From contig RQSC01000554.1 of NCBI GenBank assembly GCA_013416795.1, forward strand, positions 1 through 64,000: a stretch of 64,000 nt of DNA, written 5' to 3'. Under the pieces are notes generated by a model. The model was not told the DNA's origin. It made no database searches and was given only the letters and a program-made list of their open reading frames with translations. Below are positions 30,955-41,651 of the stretch, one piece after another (position 1 is the stretch's first letter; the number at the start of each line of letters is the position of its first letter). The position numbers were made by a program, and so were the translations under genes. This DNA is from Prasinococcaceae sp. CCMP 1430 (taxonomy: Eukaryota > Plantae > Prasinodermophyta).

Positions 30955-31680
30955 CGCGCACACCACCTCCACCACCCACCCACCTCACCACCCTCACCAG
31001 AACAGGCGGCGCCCGTGCCCGTGCCAGGTCGTCAGGTGCCCGCACAAGAACGACCTGAGCAGCCTCCGACCCGAGTGCCACCAACGCTGTTCAGGGTCTC
31101 TCTCGAGGCGCGTTCCAAGCGGTCGGGTGTCATCCTCCCTCCCCGACAGCTGCTCGTGCGACGCTTTTGCCAGCGCTGCTCGTGGCACTTCCATCCGCTC
31201 CGGTCGCCTTCGAAGGTTCGCTCCCCGTCGGCGCTCCCCGCGCCAAAGCGTGGCATCCACAGGGCGACAGCTGCTCGTGCGTGATTTGCCGCACGCGCGC
31301 GGAGAGTCGCGAAGGCGCGACGCCGCAGGCGGGGTGCGGCCGCCTTGACGGCCGCGCGCGCCGCGCCCTGAAGGGGCGGCGCCCATCGCGTGCCAGGTCG
31401 TCGGCTGCCCGCACAAGGAGTGCCATCAACGCTGCTCAGGGTCTCGCTCGAGGCGCCTTCCACGCGGTCGGGTGTCATCCTCCCTCCCCGACAGCTGCTC
31501 GTGCGACGCTTTTGCCAGCGCTGCTCGTGGCACTTCCATCCGCTCCGGTCGCCTTCGAAGGTTCGCTCCCCGTCGGCGCTCCCCGCGCCAAAGCGTGGCA
31601 TCCACAGGGCGACAGCTGCTCGTGCGACGCTTTTGCCAGCGCTGCTCGTGGCACTTCCATTCGCTCCAGTCGCCTGCCAG
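30955..31680. repeat. Dispersed repeat family, copies C/D (shared with 25120-25760)
   Basis: Same blocks as at 25.1-25.7 kb, internally duplicated. Confidence 0.9.
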
Positions 31681-31971
31681 CGTGCTCAACCCCGGCAACG
31701 TGGACCGCACACAAGCCCGACGAGCACGCCGTGTGCATCGAAACGGACGGGCCCTGCAGGCCACGCACGTACGACAGCCGGCCACACGCCACGCTCGGGT
31801 CGAATGGCGTCACGGAAGCGGGAGGTTACGAGACTCGAGTCGCCGATATGCTACGAAGCGATGCAGCCAGCAACTGCCGATGCTGTGGGTCCATCTGCGC
31901 CGCATCGGAGGATGCAAGCCTCGGCTGACCCTACCCACGGGCCGACCCAAGTCTCAACCAGCGCGGGCGAA

Positions 31972-32080
31972 GCCGCCGACGAGGCCACGCTCGCCGCCGA
32001 CGAGGCCACGCTCGCACGCTCGCCGCCGACGAGGCCACGCTCGCCGCCGACGAGGCCACGCTCGCCGCCGACGAGGCCAC
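31972..32080 (+). repeat. 21-bp minisatellite, ~5 copies
   Basis: gccgccgacgaggccacgctc units with one 7-nt insertion. Confidence 0.85.
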
Positions 32081-32203
32081 TTAGCTCGCCTGTCGAAACC
32101 AGCAGAGTCGGTGCGGGCAGCGGTGCTCCACGAAGCGTCGGAGGAGCTTTTTCCCACGTCTTGAGCCGTGTGCGTTCACACACGACGCCCCAGTGCATGC
32201 CGC

Positions 32204-32420
32204 GCGCTCTCGCTCTCGACGCCACAGCCGTAGCGGGGCAGGCCGCGCTCTCGCTCTCGACGCCACAGCCGTAGCGGGGCAGGCCGCGCTCTCGCTCTCG
32301 ACGCCACAGCCGTCGCGGGGCAGGCCGCGCTCTCGCTCTCGACGCCACAGCCGTCGCGGGGGAGGCCGCGCTCTCGCTCTCGACGCCGCAGCCGTAGCGG
32401 GGCAGGCCGCGCTCTCGCTC
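32204..32420 (+). repeat. 41-bp minisatellite, ~5 copies
   Basis: gcgctctcgctctcgacgccacagccgt(a/c)gcggggcaggcc; the period is not a multiple of 3. Confidence 0.9.
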
Positions 32421-32456
32421 GGCGCAGTAACACGGGTTAAGGGGGCTTCAAAACTT

Positions 32457-33032
32457 TTAAGAAGAAGAAGAAGACCCCCCCCCTTGGTTCTTCGCCCTCC
32501 TCGCGTCCTTCTTGCACGCAGCGCACTCGCGCTTGCCGCCGGCCACGCACCGCACGCACATCTCCTCTGTGTCCTTGTCGTCGTAGAGAATCTTGGCCAT
32601 GGCCCGGCCGCCCTTCGTGCGCACCTTCCGCGCCGGGGTCGACCCATCCTTGCCCCCGACCGTATTGGGGACTGTGTAGTTTGCAGAATCGTAGATCACC
32701 CGCACCGCCTTGCCCGCATACGACATCCCGTTCGGCCAGTCGATCACCACGGGGCTTGCCACGGCCACCGACCCGCGCTCCACGTACTGCTTGACGTCCA
32801 CGGGTATCTCCGAGCGCTGGAAGATCGCGTGCGTCTCACGGCTGATCACACACCTCCGCTCGCGTTCATCCTCGGTCACCTTGCTCTCGAACTCCTTCTG
32901 GCTCCGGCGCGCGCGCTTGCTGCGGCGCGCTACGGGCTTGGCGACCTTCCCCGCCCGGTACACCACGCGATCAGCGAGCTCCGGACTGACGATGACACCG
33001 CCCTTCGTGCTCAGCAGAATGCACAATAACAA
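32457..33032 (-). CDS. Hypothetical protein with a Tudor-like segment and terminal Cys pairs
   Basis: VIDWPNGMSYAGKAVRV...AKILYDDKDTEEM resembles the Tudor W-P...Y.G...YDDGD.E pattern; followed by CVRC...CAAC. Confidence 0.4.
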   Translation of the reverse strand: MLLCILLSTKGGVIVSPELADRVVYRAGKVAKPVARRSKRARRSQKEFESKVTEDERERRCVISRETHAIFQRSEIPVDVKQYVERGSVAVASPVVIDWPNGMSYAGKAVRVIYDSANYTVPNTVGGKDGSTPARKVRTKGGRAMAKILYDDKDTEEMCVRCVAGGKRECAACKKDARRAKNQGGGSSSSS

Positions 33033-33921
33033 AACCTACCATCACCCCGTCCGGTAAAAAAAGTAACTCTTTCGTTTTGATATAAGGATAGGGTCTTACC
33101 CCAATGGCGCGTAAATTCATGTGCGATACGTCACTTCTAATCTGTGACGGCTGGGGTTATGACCAAACCGCAACTCGAAACCCGAAGCCCGGAAGCCCCG
33201 AACGGGGCGCCCGCGGACGCCCGCGCGCGCGGAATCGCGGCCATTCGTTTTGATATAAGTCGGCCGTCACGCCGCGCCCGCGGACTGCCATCAAAATGCA
33301 TTGTGTACAAGACGATGGTTTTGATATCAATCCTAATGAAAAGGGGCTAGAGTCCGCGGCCGCGATTCGAAACCGCGGGCGAGCGGGAGCGCACAAACCC
33401 GAAGTCATCTTAATCAAATCGAATGAAAGTTTGAAAAGGGTCTGCGACCAAAAACGGCCAACTTTTCCCATGCATTTTGACGTACCTGCTAAAATCGCCA
33501 GTGAGCAGGGGGGGGGGGTGATGAGCAGCTATGGTCGAGAGCGGCGGCGGCGGCCCACAGCGCGCGCAGGGCGCGCCGCGGGTGAGCGTGGCTGGCTCGC
33601 CGTCGTCCACCGGGACACAGGCGGGCGACCCACCGGGCTTGGCCCCATCCGCGCGTGGGTGGAGACAATGCCACGCGAAAACCGCTCAGAATCTGAGCGC
33701 GCCCGCGCGGAGCGCCACGGCGATGCGCGCGCCGCCGTAGCGCAGCGGCGCGCCACACAGCGCGGCCGCGCTGCGGCACCCCTATCACAATGCGCCCTCG
33801 GGGGAACAGCCGCGCCTGGCGCGTAGTGAGGGCGTGGGCGCTGCTTTGTGCAGTGCCCGCGCTCACTCCGACTCGCTCCCCAACAACATCACCAACAACA
33901 ACATCCTCTATCAAAAAAAAA

Positions 33922-36659
33922 TCACCACGCGAAGCTCTCGTCGCGCACCATCACGCCATACTTCTCCCCGATGCCTCGCAGCGCTTCGAGCACCCGCTCC
34001 GAACCCCCGCAGTAGAGCACCTGCCAGCGCGCGAGCGCCTCCGGCCCGCCGACGAGCGCCCCGAACTGGTCCACCGACTTCGTGCGGCCGTCGAAGCCGC
34101 CCACTCGCTTGGCGTCGAAGCCCGCTGCCATGTCCGCGTACGAGGCCGTCCACTGGTCGCGCGCCGGCGACGGGTGGCCCGAGTCGCCATCAACGCTCTC
34201 CAGATCCCAGACGTCCACCTCGACGTGATCCGAAACCGAGCGCCTGATGGACGCCTTCCGCAGCATCTTGACGCTCGGGCTGCGCAGCCGCGACGGCGGC
34301 GGCCTCGGGCTCGCCCTTCCCTCTTCCCCCAACCCTCCCCCCCCACCAATACCCCCCCCTTCCTTCCACCCTACGCCCCCCGGCCTGTCCTCCTCCTCCT
34401 CGAGCCTCCGCATGAGCCTCCGGAAGTCCTCCTCGCTCGCCGCGCCGCCGGCGGGGCAGCCCATGACCTCAAAGACCCTGTCCACGTCCTCCTGCGCGAA
34501 GAAGCTCGTGTCCTCCTCGTCGAAGCTCGGGCTGGCCACGAGGGACGTCAGCGCCCTCGACGAGAAGGACCCGCCGTGGCTTTTCCTCATCGCCGCCACC
34601 CTCGCGCGCTCGTTGAGCAGCGCGCCGAGCCCCCGCGCGGTGACCGCGCCGCCGCCTCCCCCTCCTCCGCCTCCACCCGCTCCTCGCCCCCGCGCGGTGA
34701 CCGCGCCGCCGCCTCCCCCTCCTCCGCCTCCACCCATTCTTCCCCCCCCCCCGTTACCCACCCCACCTCCTCCCCCTCCTAAGCCTCCCCCCCCTCCTCC
34801 CCCCTCCATTCTAACCCCNTGCCCCTGCTGCCCCTGCTGCCCCTGCTGCGCCTGCTGCCCCCGCTGCGCCTGCTGCCCCAGACCCTCCCTCCACCTCAAA
34901 CCCCCGGAGCACGTCGAGCGCGCCCAGCGCCACCGAGGCGGCGCGCCGCCGCGCCTCCACTCTCCCACCCTCCCCCGCCACCCCCCCATAGCGCTCCCTC
35001 ATGCGCGCGGGCAGCCCCTCCCCCGTCTCGATGCCCGCCACGACGTTCTTGAAGATCTTCTCGAAGTCCGGCCGGCCCGTCACCACCAGCAGCGTGGGCG
35101 GCAGCTTGCCCGCGCGGCGCAGCGCGTCGAGGCGCAGCGGCTCCTTGCCCGTGTACGAGATGACGGTCCACGCGTACGGGTCGAAGCGCCCGACGCGGAG
35201 GTAGAACTCGACCAGCGAGCGCTCGCGGCACGACCACACCAGGTTGATGTACCTGTCGGTGTCGTGGTAGTGGTTGATGACGGAGAGCGCGGGCGTGATG
35301 CCGATGCCGGTGGCCACCAGGAAGAGCTTGTCGAAGTGCATGGCGGTGGCGTACGAGCTGGCGAAGGGCCCCGAGACGAAGCACGGCCGCGTGGTGGGGC
35401 GGTCGAGCTCCCTCCACAGCGCGGTCGTCCAGTCGCCCGCCCGGAGGATGCACACGGCGCTGTGGTTGGGCAGCGTCGGGTGCGGGAAGAGCGAGAAGGC
35501 GTGGAACTGGAAGCGGTTCACCCACGGGATGTTGAGCAGGATGTAGCCCGCGCTCCCGTGCGAGGTGAACCCCTCGGGGTTCTCGAAGACCAGCTCCGTG
35601 CCGCACTCCAGCCGCGTGAACAGGGTGTTCTTGACGCGGTACGTGCGGAAGGTGATGCCGTAGAGGTAGTCGAGCGCGTACAGCAGCAGCGGCGCGCCCA
35701 GCAGCTTGGCGATGTGCTGCGTGGGCGCGTGGAAGAGCAGCGCGGCGCACCACACCACGCTGAGCATGTGCGCCGCCTTGCGCCACTCGAACGCCACGCG
35801 GCGCTTGATGCTGGGGAAGAGCATGGGCCACACGATCAGCGGCGTCACCAGCGCCGCGATGGCGCCGCTGCGCCCCGTCACGTGCGAGTAGAGCAAGTCC
35901 AGCCGCCCCTGGAGCGCCCAGCGCGCGGTGTGGCACGCCGAGTGCACCAGGCACTCGACGCCCACGATGGCGCCCGCGGCGGTGTGCACCTCGTGCAGGT
36001 CGTGGAAGGGCACGAACGTGCCCCAGAAGGTGCGCTCGAAGAAGGTGGCCAGGTGGTTGCACTTGGACACGAAGAGCAGCATGTAGAGAGCGTAGTCGAA
36101 GTAGGCGCCCACGCGGGCGACGCCCAGCAGCAGCAGCGAGGGCAGGTCGAGCGCGCAGACCGTCTCGCGGGGGCACGCGCAGTGCGTGAGCGGCGCGACG
36201 CAGTCCTCGCGGCGATCCATCAGCCCGATGGGCGCGCGCGCGAGGGTGGTGACGGCGGCGAAGAGCGCCACCGGGAGGCACACGAACGCCAGCAGGTAGC
36301 GCAGCGAGCTCACGCGCTGCCAGGCGCGACGCGGGAACGACGCGAGCGGCGCGGCGCAGTCGCGACAGAGCTTTGGGGCGCCGCGGCGGCGCCGCCGCTC
36401 CCCTTCGGCGCNCGATCGCGGCGAGGCGCGAGCGTTTCTCGTCCTCGCCGCCTCCCGCCAACCCCCAGAAAATGTCCCTCTGCAGCTCGGCCTTCTCGGC
36501 CTTGAGCGCTTGCCGCTCGTGCTGGTGGACCTTGTAAGGAGACTCCACGTGCGCCTTCGCCATGCGCTTCCCCCTGGCGGCCCTCGCCCGCCTGGCGTCG
36601 ATCTCGCTGCGCGACTGCGGAGGCAGCATCGCCGCGCCGTTCTCAGCCATGTCGCCCAT
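33922..36659 (-). CDS. NADPH oxidase / ferric reductase (NOX/FRE) family oxidoreductase; frame breaks at single Ns 36412 and 34819
   Basis: Heme ligands H-x13-H (HTAAG...VH) and H-x12-H (HMLS...FH); FAD motifs FHAFSL, RAGDWT, VSGPF; NADPH motif LVATGIGITP; LVWSCR; terminal VLYCGG...ESFAW*. Confidence 0.9.
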
Positions 36660-37106
36660 GCCGGCGCCTTCCGCTGTGGCGGCCGCCCGCTCTCCCACGC
36701 CGCCTTTGTTGCGACACCAACCTGAACCCAATCCGATTTCGGATCACGCCAGAGGATGAAATGTGCGGTGTCGCGCGGCCCGCCCTCGAATCTTCTTGCG
36801 TCCAACGAACCAACCACCAACTCCGACGGCGCGCGCGAATTGCATTTGAATGCATATAGATAGGGTTTGCGGCGTCCGACCGACACATCGCGAATGGGCA
36901 TGGATGGCCAGCACCCCATCTCGTGCCTCAATCAAAAGCAGCGCACCGAGCGCTCGCCCGCCCGTCTCCTCGCCTCGCATCACGCAGTCAGCCCTTCCGT
37001 TCCTCCCCGAAAAGCGCGCTCGCACGACCCCCCGATTGCCGGCTCATCGACCCAATCACGCCGCGCGCGCGCCCGTGCTCGCGCGGCGCGCGGCTACTCA
37101 TTATTA

Positions 37107-37757
37107 GTGTCCGGCTCAAAATGTGACGTGTGTCAATTTTTGGGCGGCGGCTACATCCAGCTCGCTGCGATCCAGCCGCCGCCGATGGGCGTTTCGGGGC
37201 CCTCTCGCCCATCTCCATATGGAACTGCGCGCGATTCCGCCCCTCGCGGGGGGAAGGGGGCGCGCTCGCCGATGGTGGTTTGGGTTCGAGAAATATAATA
37301 TATTGACAATCAGGGTTTAGGATCCACTTCCGGCCGGTCAGTCGTGCCCTCCCCATCGCAGGCGAAACATGCCCAGCAGCGCCGCGGCCGCCCCCCTCGC
37401 GGCGCCCGCGGCGCTGCCGTCCTCGCCCTTGTCCCCCTCGCCGGCGCTGCCGTCCTCGCCCTCGCCCCCCTCGCCGGCGCTGTCCTCGTCGCTCCCCTCA
37501 AGGAACCGATCCCAGCGCGGCTGGCGTCGCGCGCCCGTAGATCTCCCTCGCCACAGTCTGTCCGGATATTGTCAGGTCGGCGGGGACGCCGTCGTTATAG
37601 CGTGCGGCCATCCCCCCGCGAGGGGCGGAATCGCGCGCAGTTCCATATGGAGATGGGTGAGAGGGCCCGAAACGCCCATCGGCGGCGGCTGGATCGCAGC
37701 GAGCTGGATGTAGCCGCCGCCCAAAAATTGACACACGTCACATTTTGAGCCGGACAC
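37107..37757. mobile_element. 651-bp MITE with ~146-bp terminal inverted repeats and a TA target-site duplication
   Basis: 37107-37253 (gtgtccggctcaaaatgtgacgtgtg...ccctcgcgggggg) is the near-perfect reverse complement of 37612-37757; TA at 37105-37106 and 37758-37759; no transposase. Confidence 0.88.
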
Positions 37758-38127
37758 TACAGTAGTGCTCGCTCGCCGCGCGGAGGGCGCTTCCGCACCG
37801 CGTGATGCGACAGCGCCGCGGCGCGCGCGAGAGCGGCGTCCGGGGGCGCCACTGGGCGCGCCCGCGGCACCCGAGGCCACAGCACGTGCTATTCCTCGCA
37901 GACGCGCCGGCCGGAGGGCGGGGCTTGCGGGCTCGTCAAAAGTCTCGCGCTCATGACAATGACACATGACGCAGCGGCTTCGGAGAGGATGCGCCAGGCG
38001 TTGCTGGTGGTGACGGAGAGGCTGGGCGTCAGCGCGGCACAGGTCCGCCGGGCGCGCGAGGAGCGCAATGCTCTCTTATTCTCTCGGCCCCCTTCTCTCA
38101 CACGCCCCGACATCGCACCCCACACGC

Positions 38128-38258
38128 ACGCTACGGCTACGACTGCGCGCCAAGCTGTTCTCCTCGCCACACAAGCGTTTCAAAACGCTGAGGCTACGGC
38201 TACGACTGCACGCCAAACTTTTCTCCTCGCCACACCATCGTTTCAAAACTCTGAGTTC
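38128..38258 (+). repeat. 63-bp tandem duplication inside short ORF 37953-38366
   Basis: gctacggctacgactgc.cgccaa.ct.ttctcctcgccacac.a.cgtttcaaaac.ctgag occurs twice. Confidence 0.75.
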
Positions 38259-38611
38259 ATGCGCAACAAAAGGCCCAGGACGTCTTATCCCCAGCCAAAG
38301 TTCGGCCTTCCCACCCGCAATAATGAAGCGGCTCGGAGAGCGGCCAAGCTCCCCCATCTTCATTAGAACTCGTAAAGTTATATGACTGTCTTTTTACATA
38401 GCGCACCACCACACAACCCACCCGCCCACGCCCACCGCTCCACCCAGCCACCGACGCCACCACCTCACCATCACCCCCCCCCCCCCACACACACACACAC
38501 CGACCCACTCCCCCCTCACATCATTCCCCCTCACCCCCACACTCCCTCGCCTCCTCCCCCACCCCTCAACAACGCATGACAACACTAGCACTCGACCGAC
38601 CCCGTGCTCAC

Positions 38612-38843
38612 CTGATAATCCGCAATCTCGTCCATCACGCCCAGCACCTCATCATCCGCCTCGTCCTCGTACGCCGCCGAGAGCACCCGCGGCCCCGCGC
38701 CCCCCATCCACGCCGCCTCGCCACCCGCGGGCGTCTTGATGAGCCTGAGCAGCGCGGCGGCCGCCAGGGCGCGCGTCTCCGCGTCGGGCTCCCTCGCGCG
38801 CGCCGCGCACAGCTCGCGCTGCAGCAGCGGCGACATGCGCGCG
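38612..38843 (-). CDS. HGH1: HGH1 (FAM203) C-terminal exon; remainder in the gap
   Basis: REPDAETRA...GPRVLSAAYEDEADDEV matches the plant HGH1 pattern RETDPEIR...GPRILQVGYEDEED; GTGAGC donor at 38611. Confidence 0.65.
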
Positions 38844-39420
38844 NNNNNNNNNNNNNNNNNNNNNNNNNNNNNNNNNNNNNNNNNNNNNNNNNNNNNNNNN
38901 NNNNNNNNNNNNNNNNNNNNNNNNNNNNNNNNNNNNNNNNNNNNNNNNNNNNNNNNNNNNNNNNNNNNNNNNNNNNNNNNNNNNNNNNNNNNNNNNNNNN
39001 NNNNNNNNNNNNNNNNNNNNNNNNNNNNNNNNNNNNNNNNNNNNNNNNNNNNNNNNNNNNNNNNNNNNNNNNNNNNNNNNNNNNNNNNNNNNNNNNNNNN
39101 NNNNNNNNNNNNNNNNNNNNNNNNNNNNNNNNNNNNNNNNNNNNNNNNNNNNNNNNNNNNNNNNNNNNNNNNNNNNNNNNNNNNNNNNNNNNNNNNNNNN
39201 NNNNNNNNNNNNNNNNNNNNNNNNNNNNNNNNNNNNNNNNNNNNNNNNNNNNNNNNNNNNNNNNNNNNNNNNNNNNNNNNNNNNNNNNNNNNNNNNNNNN
39301 NNNNNNNNNNNNNNNNNNNNNNNNNNNNNNNNNNNNNNNNNNNNNNNNNNNNNNNNNNNNNNNNNNNNNNNNNNNNNNNNNNNNNNNNNNNNNNNNNNNN
39401 NNNNNNNNNNNNNNNNNNNN
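38844..39420. other. Assembly gap
   Basis: N run. Confidence 0.95.
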
Positions 39421-39854
39421 GCGGAGGGTGCGGCGGTCAAGAATGTCGCGTTGCCTGCTCAGAAAAAGGTCATGTCGGCTGTGCCGCAGGCGATGGCAGC
39501 CCCTCGCCCGTCCCAGGCCCCGCAGATGCATCAGCAGCAGGCTCGCCCGCAGCCGCCGCCGCCGCTTGTCCCGCGGCGGCGGCGTTTATTATTATCCGGA
39601 AGGTCGCCGCTTCGCGCGCGCGACCCGCGGCGCCGACGCCGCGCGACAATGGAAAGCGACATTTTCCAACAAAAACGCGTGAGAAATTCGCGCCGGCACC
39701 CACGTCGCCATCAAAAGTCACAGGTGACAACCGTCACAAGCGAACGAACACGAGCGCTCGAGCGCTGGCATACCCGAAACATATTTAGGGTACTGTAAAA
39801 ACGCGTCCCAATTTCGTTTTTAACATCAAATCATACGATATAACCTTCCATCTC

Positions 39855-39862
39855 AAACCCTA
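39855..39862 (+). promoter_or_regulatory. Telo-box (AAACCCTA) in the HGH1/bystin divergent promoter
   Basis: Exact octamer ~360 nt upstream of the bystin ATG; telo-boxes are typical of plant translation and ribosome-biogenesis promoters. Confidence 0.3.
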
Positions 39863-40217
39863 CATGCCTCCTTCCAGAGTCCCCCCTGCGCGCCAGCCGC
39901 CGGCGCGGCGGCTGCGCGATGCAGGCGGGAGGGGCGCGCGCGCTGGGGGCAGGGGGGGGGGCAGCAAAGATGCCCCGCGCATTCGGAGGTGGACCCCTGA
40001 GCGGTGGTGAGCCCGCACACTCGCTCCTCCGTGCGCGCCACACAGCGCCAGCGCTGGAGCGCGCCCAACGCCCTACAGCGCCAGCGCTCGAGCGGGAGCG
40101 AGCGAGCCCCCCCCCACACACACACCCGGCCGGCCCCAACGGGGGGCCACGCCCAGGCACTGACAACCCCCCCATCCCCCCCCCCAGACGCCACCGCGCT
40201 CATCATTTATAGCCCAC

Positions 40218-41506
40218 ATGGGCAAGAAAGGCCATGACAAGCGCACGACCGACCCGCTCGCGCAGAAGCCGGGCGCGCTCGACGCGCAGCTGGGCGCGGA
40301 CGCGCTCGCGGCCCACCGCTTTACGACGCGGCCGCCTCCGGCGGCGGCCTGCCCCTGAGCCTGGCGCTCGGCGCCGCCGACGCGCCGGGCCTGTCGGGGG
40401 ACGACTCGGACGCGGACTACGACGACGACATCGGCGGCGACTTCCTGGTGGACCGCGACATGGGCGACTACCTGGGCGACATGGAGCTCGACGAGGCGGA
40501 CGAGCGCGCGCTGGAGGCGTTCATGAACCCCAGCGGCAGCGTGGCGCCGCGCTCGCTCGCCGACATCATCGCCGAGAAGATGCGCGAGCAGGGCCTCATG
40601 GGCGCCGGCGAGGACGGCATGGCCTCCGACGAGTCGGGCGAGCGCTTCGTGCGGGGCATGGACCCCAAGGTGATGGAGGTGTACAACGGCGTGGGCAAGC
40701 ACCTGTCGCACTACCGCTCGGGCAAGCTGCCCAAGGCGTTCAAGATCGTGCCCAGCCTGGACAACTGGGAGGAGGTGCTCTACCTGACCAACCCCGACAA
40801 GTGGGCGGCCGGCGCGTGCTTCCAGGCGACGCGGCTCTTCTCGTCCAACATGAACGCCAAGATGGCGCAGCGCTTCTACTCGCTGGTGCTGCTGCCGCGC
40901 GTGCGCAGCGACATCGCCGACCAGAAGCGCCTGCACTTCGCGCTGTACCAGAGCCTGTGCAAGGCCACGTACAAGCCCGCCGCGTGGTTCAAGGGGCTGC
41001 TCCTGCCGCTGTGCGCGAGCGGCACGTGCTCCCTGCGCGAGGCCGTCATCTTCGTGTCGGTGCTCACCAAGAAGTCGCTGCCCGCGGTGCACTCGGCGGT
41101 GGCGCTGCTCAAGATCGCGCAGATGCCCTACTCGGGCACCAACTCCTTCTTCATCCGCGCCATCATCGACAAGAAGTACGCGCTGCCGTACAAGGTCATC
41201 GACGCGCTGGTGGACCACTTCGCCTCGTTCACCGACGACCCGCGCGCGCTGCCCGTCGTCTGGCACCAGAGCCTGCTGTGCTTCATCCAGCGGTACAAGG
41301 ATGAGCTCAGGCCGGAGGACAAGGTGCGCATCAAGCAGCTCGTGAAGAAGCAGTTCCACTACCTCATCACGCCCGAGGTGCACCGCGAGCTCGACCACGC
41401 CATGCAGCGCGGCCACAAGGCCGCCGCCGCGGCCGGCGCCGGCAAGCCCATCGAGGCCATCCGAGAGGACGTCCGCGACATGCCGCCGGTGATCATGGAC
41501 GAGTGA
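40218..41506 (+). CDS. BYSL: Bystin/Enp1, with a frame break near 40315-40350
   Basis: SLADIIAEK, PKVMEVYNGVG..LSHYRSGKLPKAFKI, WEEVLYLTNP..W, QRFYSLVLLPRVR, LHFALY..L.KA.YKPAAWFKG, LPVVWHQSLL.F.QRYK, ITPEVHREL. Confidence 0.93.
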
Positions 41507-41651
41507 GCGGCGGCAGGGCGGCGGCGCGAGGGGGGCGGGCGGCCGCGCCGGCGCGCTGGCCCGCCGTGTAGCATATAACCAACGAATTCATCCTCACGTA
41601 TTATGCGGCCCGGCGAAGGGGTTAGTGGCGCCGCGCCGCGCCGCGCGCGCT

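Noticed and set aside
39421-39570. Possible fourth bacterial splinter (AEGAAVKNVALPAQKKVMSAVPQAM...)
   Set aside because: The composition is suggestive and it abuts a gap, but I recognise no family.
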